From Spirochaetia bacterium (lineage in GTDB: Bacteria > Spirochaetota > Spirochaetia > UBA9216): DNA of 64,000 nucleotides. Below, piece by piece: positions 1-9,471 of the stretch. The translations under genes and the position numbers were made by a program. The stretch is from assembly GCA_965140585.1 (NCBI GenBank), contig OZ223269.1, positions 448,001-512,000 on the forward strand. The letters are read 5' to 3'. The stretch's first letter is position 1, and the number at the start of each line of letters is the position of its first letter. The notes below the pieces were generated by a model. The model saw only the letters and a program-made list of their open reading frames with translations. It was not told the origin of the DNA and searched no databases.

Positions 1-1245
1 ATCATCCTTAACAAGTCCAAGCTCATCTATTCTTTTTTCAAGCTTATCAAGGTTGTCCTCACGCTGGCTGCCTCCGATAATCTCACCAAGTCTTGGAACA
101 AGAACATCCATTGCCCGGACGGTCTTATCATCATCATTCATCTTCATGTAGAAGGCTTTAATTTCCTTGGGATAGTCAGTTACGATCACCGGACCGTTAA
201 AGACCTTCTCGGTAAGGTATTTTTCATGTTCCGATTGAAGGTCGGCTCCCCAGTGCGGCTGAAATTCAAATTTTGCATCAGCCTTCTCAAGCTGCTTCAT
301 GGCTTCGGTATATGTAATCCTGGTGAATGAGAACTCAGCAACCTTACGCAGTGATTCAGCCACGCCTTTTTCTACCCATTTATTAAAGAACTCCATATCT
401 TCGGAACATTCCGAGAGTATGTAATTGAGCACGTATTTGATGAATGCTTCGGCTGTGTCCATATCGCAGTTTAAATCGCAGAAGGCCATTTCGGGTTCTA
501 TCATCCAGAACTCTGCAAGGTGCCGTGATGTATTGGAATTTTCTGCACGGAATGTCGGTCCGAATGTGTAGACATTTGAATGCGATAATGCGAATATTTC
601 AGCTTCAAGCTGTCCGCTTACGGTTAACGCAGAACGTTTTCCGAAAAAGTCTTTGCTGTAGTCAACGGGCTGCTCCGGCTTGCCGTCAATGTGCGGAATG
701 TTCTCAAGGTCCAGAGTTGTCACCTGAAACATCTCGCCGGCCCCCTCTGCATCGCTTGCAGAAATAATAGGGGTGTGTATATAAAAGAAGCCGCGTTCCT
801 GGAAGAATCTGTGTACAGCAAAACTTGCCGCGCTTCTCACCCTGGTGACTGCTCCGATTGTATTGGTTCTGGGTCTTAAGTGGGCAATTTCACGTAGAAA
901 TTCAAAACTGTGCCGTTTCTTCTGCAGCGGATAAGTGTCGGCCGGAGCATCCCCGAGTAGGATAATCTCTGAAGCTTGAAACTCCACACTCTGATTCTGT
1001 CCCGGCGACTGAACCAGTTCGCCATGCACTTCAACGCCTGCTCCGGTTGTCAGGTGTGACAGAATTTCTTTAGGATTGTATTTTTCAAGATCAATTATCA
1101 CCTGAAGATTTTTCAGGCAGGAACCGTCGGATAATTCAAGAAAGCATACATTCTTGGAATCACGCCTGGTTCGTACCCATCCGGAAACACTGGTAAGATC
1201 TCCGCCGGGTTCCATCTGAAGTATTTCTTTTATTGATGGTCTCAT
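1..1245 (-). CDS. asnS: Asparagine--tRNA ligase (3' end runs off the window)
   Basis: My translation from ATG 1245: [10 protein letters not shown]...[10 protein letters not shown]...[24 protein letters not shown]...[11 protein letters not shown]; SD GGAG upstream. Missing from the ORF track because it is truncated. Confidence 0.95.
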   Translation of the reverse strand, partial: MRPSIKEILQMEPGGDLTSVSGWVRTRRDSKNVCFLELSDGSCLKNLQVIIDLEKYNPKEILSHLTTGAGVEVHGELVQSPGQNQSVEFQASEIILLGDAPADTYPLQKKRHSFEFLREIAHLRPRTNTIGAVTRVRSAASFAVHRFFQERGFFYIHTPIISASDAEGAGEMFQVTTLDLENIPHIDGKPEQPVDYSKDFFGKRSALTVSGQLEAEIFALSHSNVYTFGPTFRAENSNTSRHLAEFWMIEPEMAFCDLNCDMDTAEAFIKYVLNYILSECSEDMEFFNKWVEKGVAESLRKVAEFSFTRITYTEAMKQLEKADAKFEFQPHWGADLQSEHEKYLTEKVFNGPVIVTDYPKEIKAFYMKMNDDDKTVRAMDVLVPRLGEIIGGSQREDNLDKLEKRIDELGLVKDD

Positions 1246-1331
1246 GCTATACTCCTCTCTATTAGAATTAACATAGTTGTGCTTCCAAGTCAAACTGATT
1301 TGTAAGTCATATAGGATAAGGAATATAAATA

Positions 1332-1664
1332 ATGGCAGTTCAGATAATCGGAACTAAGAAATGCAGGGAAACTCAGAAGACCGAGAGGTATTTTAAGGAA
1401 CGCAACATAGCATATCATTTTGTAGATCTGAACCAGAGGACATTAAGCAGCGGAGAGCTCCAGAGTGTTGCAAGAGCCTGCGGAAAGGAGGCTTTGCTCG
1501 ATACTGAGTCACAACTGTACAAGAAGAAGGGGATGGCTTATATGGATTTTGATATTCTTGAAGAGATTGAAGAAAATCCCCAGCTGATGAAAACCCCTGT
1601 TGTGAGAAACGGCAGCAAGGCTGTTGTCGGTTTTGATCCTGAAGCTTGGACCGATATAATTTAG
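1332..1664 (+). CDS. ArsC/Spx/YffB family protein
   Basis: [20 protein letters not shown] motifs. Single N-terminal Cys (YffB-like, not the Spx CxxC). Confidence 0.85.
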   Translation: MAVQIIGTKKCRETQKTERYFKERNIAYHFVDLNQRTLSSGELQSVARACGKEALLDTESQLYKKKGMAYMDFDILEEIEENPQLMKTPVVRNGSKAVVGFDPEAWTDII

Positions 1665-1667
1665 AGC

Positions 1668-2939
1668 ATGGGCAGGATAAATGTTTCATCTGAAATTGGA
1701 AGACTCCGGAAGGTAATCATCCATTCGCCCGGCCGGGAGATACAGGATATGACTCCTGAAATGGCCGAGAAGCTGCTTTATAATGATATAATCCCGCTTT
1801 CAGTCGTAAGCGAGGAACATAACCGCTTTAAAAAGATTCTGCAGAAAATATGCACGGTATATGAGTTTACGGATCTTCTGAAAGATGCTCTTTGTAATCC
1901 TGATGTTAAAACAGAATATGTTAAATCAATGGTGCCATGCTGCGGATGCCATGACAGTGAATCCGGAAGAAGGTTTGACGAACTTCTTGATATGAGTGCC
2001 GAAGAGCTTGTCAGGGTTTCTGTTACAGGACTTAAACAGAAAAAGAATATAATAAGCAAGTTTTTTGATGATAATGTATATGATATAAATCCGCTTCCCA
2101 ATCTGTATTTTACCCGTGATTCTGCGATGGTCTTCAATGACAGGGTAATAACCGGTGCAATGGCTAACTCTGTGCGTGAACCCGAATCTCTTGCTGCCTA
2201 CACATTTTTTTCAATCCATCATGAACTGCAGAATAACGGATTTATTTACAAGGGGCATGCAGAGAAAACTTCAGGTAGAACTATAGAAGGCGGGGATTTT
2301 CTGGTTTTATCGGATAACTGCATTATGATAGGCATCTCCGAGCGTACGAGTTCTGCAGCTGCCGATGAGATTATACAGCGTATCTCCTCAGAACGGCCGC
2401 TGACTGTTTTTGCAGTTCAGCTTCCGCGGGAACGGGCTACTATTCATCTTGATATGGTATTTACTCAGCTGGATTATGACCAGGTAATGGTTTATGAACC
2501 TTATATATGCGGAAGCCGGCGGCTTCGAACTGTGAAGATAAAGATTGAGTCGGGTAAATCAGCAGTAATCGAGGAAAATGAAGATCTACTGAAGGCTCTT
2601 AAATCTGAGGGCTTTGACTTTAAGACGGTTTTCTGCGGCAATGCGGATCCTGTTCAGCAGCAGCGTGAGCAGTGGCTGAGCGGTAATAATTTTTTTGCGG
2701 CAGCCCCGGGCAAAATTATCGGATATTCCTGCAACAATTATACCCTTGATGCGTTGAATGCAGCCGGGTATGAAATCCTGACTGACAAAGACTTCCTTCA
2801 AAATAGCGAACCTGACGATATAAACGGTTTTTTAAACCGTAACAATAAACTTGTAATAGGCATTACAGGCGTTGAACTTGCCCGCGGAGGCGGCGGAGCG
2901 CGATGTATGACAATGCCGGTGGAAAGAGACAGAATTTAA
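1668..2939 (+). CDS. arcA: Arginine deiminase
   Basis: SEIGRLRKV, PNLYFTRD, IEGGD, IHLD, GGGGARCMTMP (catalytic Cys/His/Glu intact). Confidence 0.93.
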   Translation: MGRINVSSEIGRLRKVIIHSPGREIQDMTPEMAEKLLYNDIIPLSVVSEEHNRFKKILQKICTVYEFTDLLKDALCNPDVKTEYVKSMVPCCGCHDSESGRRFDELLDMSAEELVRVSVTGLKQKKNIISKFFDDNVYDINPLPNLYFTRDSAMVFNDRVITGAMANSVREPESLAAYTFFSIHHELQNNGFIYKGHAEKTSGRTIEGGDFLVLSDNCIMIGISERTSSAAADEIIQRISSERPLTVFAVQLPRERATIHLDMVFTQLDYDQVMVYEPYICGSRRLRTVKIKIESGKSAVIEENEDLLKALKSEGFDFKTVFCGNADPVQQQREQWLSGNNFFAAAPGKIIGYSCNNYTLDALNAAGYEILTDKDFLQNSEPDDINGFLNRNNKLVIGITGVELARGGGGARCMTMPVERDRI

Positions 2940-3715
2940 TGCAGCATGACGGACTAAAATACGCAGTACTCGGAAGCGGCTCTTCAGCTAATTCCTATAT
3001 TTTTGAATTCAATGATTTTGCATTCATCATCGATAATGGTTTTTCCTGTAAGCAGGCAATGGAAAGAGCCTCGGCACTGGGCTTTGATACATCAAAGGTG
3101 AAGTACATTTTCCTTACCCATGATCATGGAGATCACTTCAGGGGAATAGAAATCCTCTCAAGAAAACTCCGGGCTCCTGTAGTTGTGCATAAAGAGCTTG
3201 ATTTGAGGCGTAAGGTTAAAACCCATCTGTATAAAAGGATTGACATAGAGCCCGGGAATGAATACACCGAGGGAGATTTTACCTACCGGGCATTCAGGAC
3301 GTCTCACGACGCAGAGCACTCTGTGAGCTATCACTTCAGACTGGGGCCTGCAGTATTTACTATAATTACCGATACCGGAGCCTTCAGCCGTGAGATGTTT
3401 GATTACGCATGTGCTTCGGATGTCCTCTTTCTGGAAGCCAATTACAATGAGCAGATGCTTATAGACGGACCCTATCATCATGCCCTGAAGAAGCGTATAT
3501 TATCTGAATTCGGACACCTTTCAAATGAAGACGCGCTGAATTTTCTTAACAGCATCGAAAAAAATCCGGAATCAAGACTCAGGGAAGTCTATTTCTGTCA
3601 TCTTTCTTCCACCAACAACCATCCTGATGTTCTGGCGCAGGATATCGCTGCAGGTCTGAACTGGTCAGGGCAATGGGTTATATGCAGGAAAGGCGAGATA
3701 CAGCGGGCTCTATAG
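2939..3715 (+). CDS. MBL-fold metallo-hydrolase (YycJ/WalJ-like)
   Basis: LGSGSSAN, THDHGDH, SHDA, LEANY, GHLSN, HLS motifs. Start moved to ATG 2939, which overlaps the arcA stop (TAATG). Confidence 0.88.
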   Translation: MQHDGLKYAVLGSGSSANSYIFEFNDFAFIIDNGFSCKQAMERASALGFDTSKVKYIFLTHDHGDHFRGIEILSRKLRAPVVVHKELDLRRKVKTHLYKRIDIEPGNEYTEGDFTYRAFRTSHDAEHSVSYHFRLGPAVFTIITDTGAFSREMFDYACASDVLFLEANYNEQMLIDGPYHHALKKRILSEFGHLSNEDALNFLNSIEKNPESRLREVYFCHLSSTNNHPDVLAQDIAAGLNWSGQWVICRKGEIQRAL

Positions 3716-3781
3716 TATAACCAGATTATAAACTCCATATTCCTTGTTTCAAAACTGATTTTAAGGTAACCTGAACTCATT

Positions 3782-4846
3782 ATGAGACAAACAAATAACC
3801 TGAGAATCATCAGTGAAGAAACAGCTATTACCCCAAACGAACTCAAGAATGAATTTCCTGTAACAGATAAATGTACAGAAACCGTTTTTGAAAGCCGCAA
3901 CATTATCAATGATATACTGCACGGAAACGACCAGAGGATGCTTGCAATTGCGGGTCCCTGTTCGATTCATGATGAAGCAGCAGCCTATGAATACGCAGAG
4001 AAGCTCAATAAACTGAGAATTAAATATCAGGACAGATTATATATTGCAATGAGGGTTTATTTTGAAAAGCCCCGTACCACAATCGGATGGCGAGGTCTCA
4101 TTATTGACCCTGATCTTGACGGTTCCTATAACATAAACCAGGGAATACGAAGGGCCAGAAAAATACTGCTCAAACTGACAGATATGGGAATGCCTACCGC
4201 TACCGAGATGCTCGATCCTATCATCCCTCAGTATATGTCGGAACTGCTCAGCTGGGCGGCCGTAGGTGCAAGAACTACAGAAAGTCAGACTCACAGGAAC
4301 ATGGTCAGCGGACTTTCAATGCCTGTCGGATTCAAGAATGGAACCGACGGAAGCCTTGATACGGCAATGAATGCTATCCAGTCTTCAAGGCATCCGCATA
4401 GTTTTCTGGGTATAGATGATGAGGGCAGAACATGTATCCTGAGCACCGCCGGTAACGACTCGGTTCATCTTATCCTCCGGGGAGGAAAGGTAGGTCCAAA
4501 TTACTACGAAGAAACAGTTGAAGATGCTGAGGCCCTTTTTGCTGATGCAGGCTTGCAGCCGTCTATCCTTGTTGACTGCAGTCATGCTAATTCCGGAAAG
4601 ACTCACCAGAAGCAGTTTCGTGTTCTCAGGGCTCTGCTTGAACAGCGGACAAGACATCCCGGTATTAAGGGCTTCATGATAGAAAGCAACCTTTATGAAG
4701 GCTGTCAGAAGATTCCCGAGGATAAAAGCAAGCTTGCATACGGTGTTTCAATAACTGATGAATGCGTCAGCTGGGAAACAACTGAAGAAATGATGGAATA
4801 TGCATATGCACAGGTCGGTAAAATAATGGAAGGAGTTTCTGTATGA
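3782..4846 (+). CDS. 3-deoxy-7-phosphoheptulonate (DAHP) synthase, class I-alpha (AroF/G/H type)
   Basis: GPCSIHD, RVYFEKPRT, GARTTESQ, GFKNGT, DCSHANS, GVSITDEC. Confidence 0.95.
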   Translation: MRQTNNLRIISEETAITPNELKNEFPVTDKCTETVFESRNIINDILHGNDQRMLAIAGPCSIHDEAAAYEYAEKLNKLRIKYQDRLYIAMRVYFEKPRTTIGWRGLIIDPDLDGSYNINQGIRRARKILLKLTDMGMPTATEMLDPIIPQYMSELLSWAAVGARTTESQTHRNMVSGLSMPVGFKNGTDGSLDTAMNAIQSSRHPHSFLGIDDEGRTCILSTAGNDSVHLILRGGKVGPNYYEETVEDAEALFADAGLQPSILVDCSHANSGKTHQKQFRVLRALLEQRTRHPGIKGFMIESNLYEGCQKIPEDKSKLAYGVSITDECVSWETTEEMMEYAYAQVGKIMEGVSV

Positions 4847-5397
4847 AGAGGGTAATTCTGTTTCTGGCTGAAGGCTTTGAAGAGGTTGAGGCTGTTACTC
4901 CAATTGATTTTCTGCGGAGAGCCGGTATTGAGGTTCTTACTGCCGGTATAGGCGGTAATATAATAACCGGGGCGCAAAATATAAAGATTACTGCAGATAC
5001 TGTACTTGATGCTTCACTATCTTCTGAAAATTTTGATGGAGTAGTGGTTCCAGGCGGAATGCCCGGAGCCTCAAATATAGCAGCAGATGCCGATGCGAAC
5101 AGAATTATCTCTGAAATGGCGAAGGCCAAAAAGCTTGTAGCGGCAATCTGTGCTGCTCCTGCTGTGGTTCTTAACTCTGCCGGAGTCCTTTCCGGCAAGA
5201 CGGCAACATGCTATCCCGGTTTTGAACAGAAATTTGCTTCTGATGTAAAATTCAGTGACAGCCGTGTTGTTGTTGACGGTAATCTTATCACAGCAAGAGG
5301 TGCCGGTACCGCAGCCGAGTTTGCTTTTGAAATCATCAGCATTCTTGTAGACAGGGAAACTGCTGAAAAAATTCATAACGGTACTATTCAAAAATAG
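4843..5397 (+). CDS. DJ-1/ThiJ/YajL family protein
   Basis: GFEEVEA, PGGMPG, AICAAP, TARGAG; ATGA overlap with the upstream gene. Confidence 0.92.
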   Translation: MKRVILFLAEGFEEVEAVTPIDFLRRAGIEVLTAGIGGNIITGAQNIKITADTVLDASLSSENFDGVVVPGGMPGASNIAADADANRIISEMAKAKKLVAAICAAPAVVLNSAGVLSGKTATCYPGFEQKFASDVKFSDSRVVVDGNLITARGAGTAAEFAFEIISILVDRETAEKIHNGTIQK

Positions 5398-5416
5398 CAA
5401 AGTTTTCTTTTCAGAC

Positions 5417-5445
5417 TTGAAATATTGTTCACTTTGAGGTAAGAT
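5417..5445 (+). promoter_or_regulatory. Sigma70-type promoter for the small ORF
   Basis: TTGAAA-17 bp-TAAGAT. Confidence 0.65.
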
Positions 5446-5465
5446 CTATACAAATGAGGAAACGA

Positions 5466-5600
5466 ATGTTTAAAAGAGTTATTACTGCCGCACTGATTGT
5501 ACTTGCTGCCGGCTTTATAGTTACCTTTTCTGCCGAAAAACTTCCTGAAATTGCTGATCGTTCAAACGATACTCCTACCACTGTTCATCTGGCCAGATAG
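5466..5600 (+). CDS. Small secreted peptide precursor, 44 aa (not in the ORF track)
   Basis: MFKRVITAALIVLAAGFIVTFSAEKLPEIADRSNDTPTTVHLAR*; SD GAGGA upstream; signal-peptide architecture; own promoter. Confidence 0.7.
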   Translation: MFKRVITAALIVLAAGFIVTFSAEKLPEIADRSNDTPTTVHLAR

Positions 5601-5740
5601 ACTTTTTTTTTGTAAAAAACACCCTTTGTTTTTATTTTTTCTTAAATATTACCAAATTACTCATATTAGTAGACTTGACTTTCTGTTTGAATAACGAATA
5701 ATAAAAGCATGATTATTCCACTGGAAAACAGGAGATATAT

Positions 5741-7021
5741 ATGAGTTACAGATTTGAAACAATAAGCATACACGGCGGACAGAAAGTAGATGAAACAGGC
5801 GCAAGGGCAGTTCCTCTGCATCGTACTGCTGCTTACCTTTTTAAGAACACAGAGCATGCCGCAAATCTTTTCGGCCTTCAGGAAGACGGCAATATCTATA
5901 CCAGACTTGGAAACCCCACTCAGGACGTACTTGAGCAGCGTGTTGCAGCTCTTGAAGGAGGTGCTGCTGCGCTTGCACTCTCATCCGGTACATCTGCAAT
6001 TTTTTATACGGCAATTAATATCTGCGGAAACGGGGATGAAATTGTAAGCTCCGGTAATCTTTACGGAGGAACTTTCACAATGTTCAGCAGTATTCTGCCT
6101 GAACTTGGGATTAAGGTGAAATTTACGGAAGGGCAGGAAGCTGCTGATTTTGAGAATGCTATTACCCCTGCAACCAGGATGATATATGTCGAAGCGATTG
6201 GGAATCCGTCTCTCGATGTTGTAAATCTGAAAGCAGTCTCAGAGGTAGCAAAAAAACATAACCTTCCGCTGGTTGTTGATGCAACATTTACCACTCCCTA
6301 CGTTTTCAGACCCATTGAGCACGGCGCAGATATAGTTATTCATTCGCTTACAAAATGGCTTGGCGGTCATGGTGCTGCTATCGGAGGTATTGTCGTTGAC
6401 GCAGGAAGTTTTGACTGGAGCGATAAAAAGTTCCGTCTTTATAACGAGCCCGATCCCGGTTATCACGGTCTGAGATTCGCCACTGATTTGGGAGATCGTA
6501 ATTTCCTTGCATTTATACTCAGGATGAGGCTGATTCCGCTTAGAAATCTCGGTGCCTGTATCAGTCCTGATAATGCCTGGCTATTTCTACAGGGACTGGA
6601 GACTCTTCCTCTCAGGATGGAGCGGCACTGCAGTAATGCTTTGAAGGTTGCTGAATTTCTAAAAAATCATCCCCAGGTTGACTGGGTCAGATACCCGGGA
6701 CTTCCCGGTGATCCCGCACATGAAAATGCAAAGGAACAGTTTGAAAACGGTTTCGGCGGAATGGTTGTATTCGGTGTTAAGGGCGGCTTAAAGGCGGGGG
6801 CTTCATTCATTAACAGTCTGAAACTATTCTCTCATCTTGCAAATGTCGGTGATGCCAAGAGTCTTGCCATACACCCTGCAAGTACAACACACGGTCAGCT
6901 GTCAGAAGATGACCAGAAGCTTGCAGGTATCCCCGTTGATCTGATTAGACTCTCAATTGGAATTGAGCATCCGGATGATATAATTGCTGATCTCGATCAG
7001 GCATTGAAGGCAGGAAAATAG
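5741..7021 (+). CDS. metY: O-acetylhomoserine aminocarboxypropyltransferase / sulfhydrylase
   Basis: IYTRLGNPT, HSLTKWLGGHG (PLP Lys), HLANVGDAKSL, HPASTTH. Confidence 0.93.
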   Translation: MSYRFETISIHGGQKVDETGARAVPLHRTAAYLFKNTEHAANLFGLQEDGNIYTRLGNPTQDVLEQRVAALEGGAAALALSSGTSAIFYTAINICGNGDEIVSSGNLYGGTFTMFSSILPELGIKVKFTEGQEAADFENAITPATRMIYVEAIGNPSLDVVNLKAVSEVAKKHNLPLVVDATFTTPYVFRPIEHGADIVIHSLTKWLGGHGAAIGGIVVDAGSFDWSDKKFRLYNEPDPGYHGLRFATDLGDRNFLAFILRMRLIPLRNLGACISPDNAWLFLQGLETLPLRMERHCSNALKVAEFLKNHPQVDWVRYPGLPGDPAHENAKEQFENGFGGMVVFGVKGGLKAGASFINSLKLFSHLANVGDAKSLAIHPASTTHGQLSEDDQKLAGIPVDLIRLSIGIEHPDDIIADLDQALKAGK

Positions 7022-7921
7022 ATGTCAATAATTCTGCCGGAAGATTATCATGCCAGAAAGGCTCTTGAAGATCGAAAAATTCACTGTATAACAAGGGCGG
7101 CTTCTGAGTGCCAGGATATACGCCCCCTACGCATCGGAATACTGAATATTATGCCCAAGGCAGAGGCATACGAATATAATATTCTGTTTCCGCTTGGCAG
7201 GTCGATCATTCAGATCGAGCCTGTATGGCTTAAACTTCATACTCATTCATATTCCAGTTCCAATCAGAGCCACCTTGCCAAACTATACATCAATTTTGAT
7301 GATGCAATAAAGTACAGAGGCTTTGACGGTATTATAGTTACAGGAGCGCCTGTTGAAGAGTATGAGTTTGAGGACGTTACCTACTGGAATGAGCTTACTG
7401 AGATTCTAAAATATGCAAATGAGCATTTTGCCGGAATCTTAGGCATATGCTGGGGCGGGCTGGCTCTTTCAAAGTTTCTGGGCATCGATAAAATCAATTA
7501 TAACCGGAAGCTATTCGGAGTTTATCCCATCAGGAACCTCGAGCGCGGAAACCGGATTACCGGCGAGATGGATGATGTTTTCTATTGTCCACAGAGCCGA
7601 AATGCCGGAATCCCGGACGAGGCTCTGGAGAAAGCCGCTGGAGAAGGCATAATAAATCTTCTCGGGTATTCCGAAAAAGCAGGGTACACCATATTTGAGA
7701 GCAGCGACTCAAAGTTTATGATGCACCTTGGCCACCCTGAATATCCGACGAACAGGCTCTGGGAGGAATACGACCGGGATATTGCCGCCGGAGTAGAAGG
7801 CATGGTTCCGCCTGAGAATATCAGCCGTGAAAACATGGTGAACAACTGGCGGGCTCACGGACTGGAGTTTTTTACCCAGTGGGTAAAGAAGATATACCTG
7901 GATACTCCTTTCGATATATAA
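7022..7921 (+). CDS. metA: Homoserine O-acyltransferase, MetA family (probably acetyl-specific)
   Basis: QDIRPLRIGILNIMP, TGAPVE (Glu at the specificity site suggests acetyl-CoA), GICWG, GHPEY. Confidence 0.92.
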   Translation: MSIILPEDYHARKALEDRKIHCITRAASECQDIRPLRIGILNIMPKAEAYEYNILFPLGRSIIQIEPVWLKLHTHSYSSSNQSHLAKLYINFDDAIKYRGFDGIIVTGAPVEEYEFEDVTYWNELTEILKYANEHFAGILGICWGGLALSKFLGIDKINYNRKLFGVYPIRNLERGNRITGEMDDVFYCPQSRNAGIPDEALEKAAGEGIINLLGYSEKAGYTIFESSDSKFMMHLGHPEYPTNRLWEEYDRDIAAGVEGMVPPENISRENMVNNWRAHGLEFFTQWVKKIYLDTPFDI

Positions 7922-7922
7922 A

Positions 7923-7957
7923 AAAAGGCTGAGACGGATTAGTCCTCTCAGCCTTTT
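7923..7957. terminator. Bidirectional intrinsic terminator between metA and ackA
   Basis: AAAAGGCTGAGA...TCTCAGCCTTTT hairpin with a T-tract on each strand. Confidence 0.85.
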
Positions 7958-7977
7958 GATTTAATAAACAGTGTGAC

Positions 7978-9348
7978 TTAACAGTCGCCGCAGCAGCATC
8001 CGCCCTTTTTTTTGGGTGATGTTACTATAGCCTTATCAAGACCGTTCCATTTTTTAAGATCTTTCGGAAGTCCTGCTTCTCTTTCCTTGTTAACATAGTC
8101 AGCATGCTCAAAATGGTAGGTATACTTTGTGTGTACATCGTAAGTTCCTTCAAGAAGGGCGTATGTATCTTCGGTCATTACAAGCTCTTCGTTGGTAGGA
8201 ATAACGAATACCTTTACTTTTGAATCGTCTGCACTGATGCAGGTTTCAGCATTTCTGGTCATTGAAGCCTTATTCTTTGCGGGATCAATTTTGATGCCCA
8301 TGTACTCAAGACCCTCACATGCAAGAGCTCTTGTGATAGGACCTCTTTCTCCAACACCTGCGGTGAAAACCACCGCATCAGCTCCGCCGATAGCTGCAGC
8401 ATAAGCGCCGATGTATTTCTTGATTCTGTAAGCTTCAATTGCCTGGCAGAGAATTGCTCTCTTGTTGCCTTCTTCAGCGGCAATTTCAATGTCTCGTCTG
8501 TCGACCCACTTTTCAGTGATTCCAAGTACTCCGCTTTCCTTGTTGAGTGCCTTTTCAACTTCTTCGGCGCTCATGCCGGTTTTTTCCATTACGAAGAAGG
8601 GAATAGCGGGGTCGATGTCACCGCTTCTGGTTCCCATTACAAGGCCCTCCAGCGGAGTGAGTCCCATTGAAGTATCGAATGAACAGCCGTTTTTAACAGC
8701 ATTACAGCTTGCACCGTTTCCAATGTGAGCAATAACAAGATTAGTTTCAAATGGATCCTTGCCAAGAAGAGCCGCGGCTCTTTTAGTAGTGTAAAGGAAT
8801 GATGTTCCGTGAAAGCCGTATCTACGTACACCGTATTTTTCATACCAGCTGTGCGGAAGAGCATAGATGAAGCTGCTTTCAGGCATAGTCTGATGCCAGG
8901 CTGTATCCATGATTGCACAGTGTTTAACATTCGGAAGAACCTCCATAGCACATTCAATACCGGTAAGGTTTGCAGGAATGTGAAGTGGGGCAAGCTTTTC
9001 AAGCTGCTTGAATGTATCAATAGTTTCCTGATCGATGATTACAGATTTAGCAAATTTTTCTCCGCCGTGTACAACTCTGTGTCCAACAGCCTTGATTTCA
9101 TCAATAGATTTTACAGCTCCGTGTTCGGGATGCAGGATAGATTCGATGAGCAGATCCATTGCCTCTTTGTGGGTAGGGCAGTCTCTTTCGATCTTTACTT
9201 CATCATGGCCCTTTGCTTCATGTTTAATGAAAGAACCTTCGATTCCAACTCTCTCAATATTTCCTGAAGCCAGGGTTTCAGTGTTGTCCCAGTCATAGAG
9301 CTGATATTTCAACGAAGAACTACCACAATTAAGGGTTAATATTACCAA
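7978..9348 (-). CDS. ackA: Acetate kinase, long form with Cys-rich C-terminal tail
   Basis: LNCGSSSLK, GHRVVHGG, YGFHGTS, GTRSGD, TNEE; TTG start with AGGAGG SD. Confidence 0.95.
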   Translation of the reverse strand: MVILTLNCGSSSLKYQLYDWDNTETLASGNIERVGIEGSFIKHEAKGHDEVKIERDCPTHKEAMDLLIESILHPEHGAVKSIDEIKAVGHRVVHGGEKFAKSVIIDQETIDTFKQLEKLAPLHIPANLTGIECAMEVLPNVKHCAIMDTAWHQTMPESSFIYALPHSWYEKYGVRRYGFHGTSFLYTTKRAAALLGKDPFETNLVIAHIGNGASCNAVKNGCSFDTSMGLTPLEGLVMGTRSGDIDPAIPFFVMEKTGMSAEEVEKALNKESGVLGITEKWVDRRDIEIAAEEGNKRAILCQAIEAYRIKKYIGAYAAAIGGADAVVFTAGVGERGPITRALACEGLEYMGIKIDPAKNKASMTRNAETCISADDSKVKVFVIPTNEELVMTEDTYALLEGTYDVHTKYTYHFEHADYVNKEREAGLPKDLKKWNGLDKAIVTSPKKKGGCCCGDC

Positions 9349-9471
9349 TGATTTCCTCCTAAGGATTTTCTGTTAATTTATGTATAATTAAATCATACAT
9401 AAAACCCGGAGATTTTCAAGCTGTTGTGATGTAAAGAATGAATCAGCAATGACTTATCATGGTTTTTATTA

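Noticed and set aside
444-879. Plus-strand ORFs 444-767 and 691-879, and the many other 60-150 aa ORFs nested in or antisense to real genes
   Set aside because: Shadow frames of well-supported CDSs (here asnS), with no motifs or expression signals.
1938-1952. CxxCH haem-c motif in ArcA
   Set aside because: Cytoplasmic enzyme with no export signal; the match is most likely incidental.
5601-5740. SAM riboswitch or T-box upstream of metY-metA
   Set aside because: The region is short and very AT-rich, with no S-box core or T-box motif.
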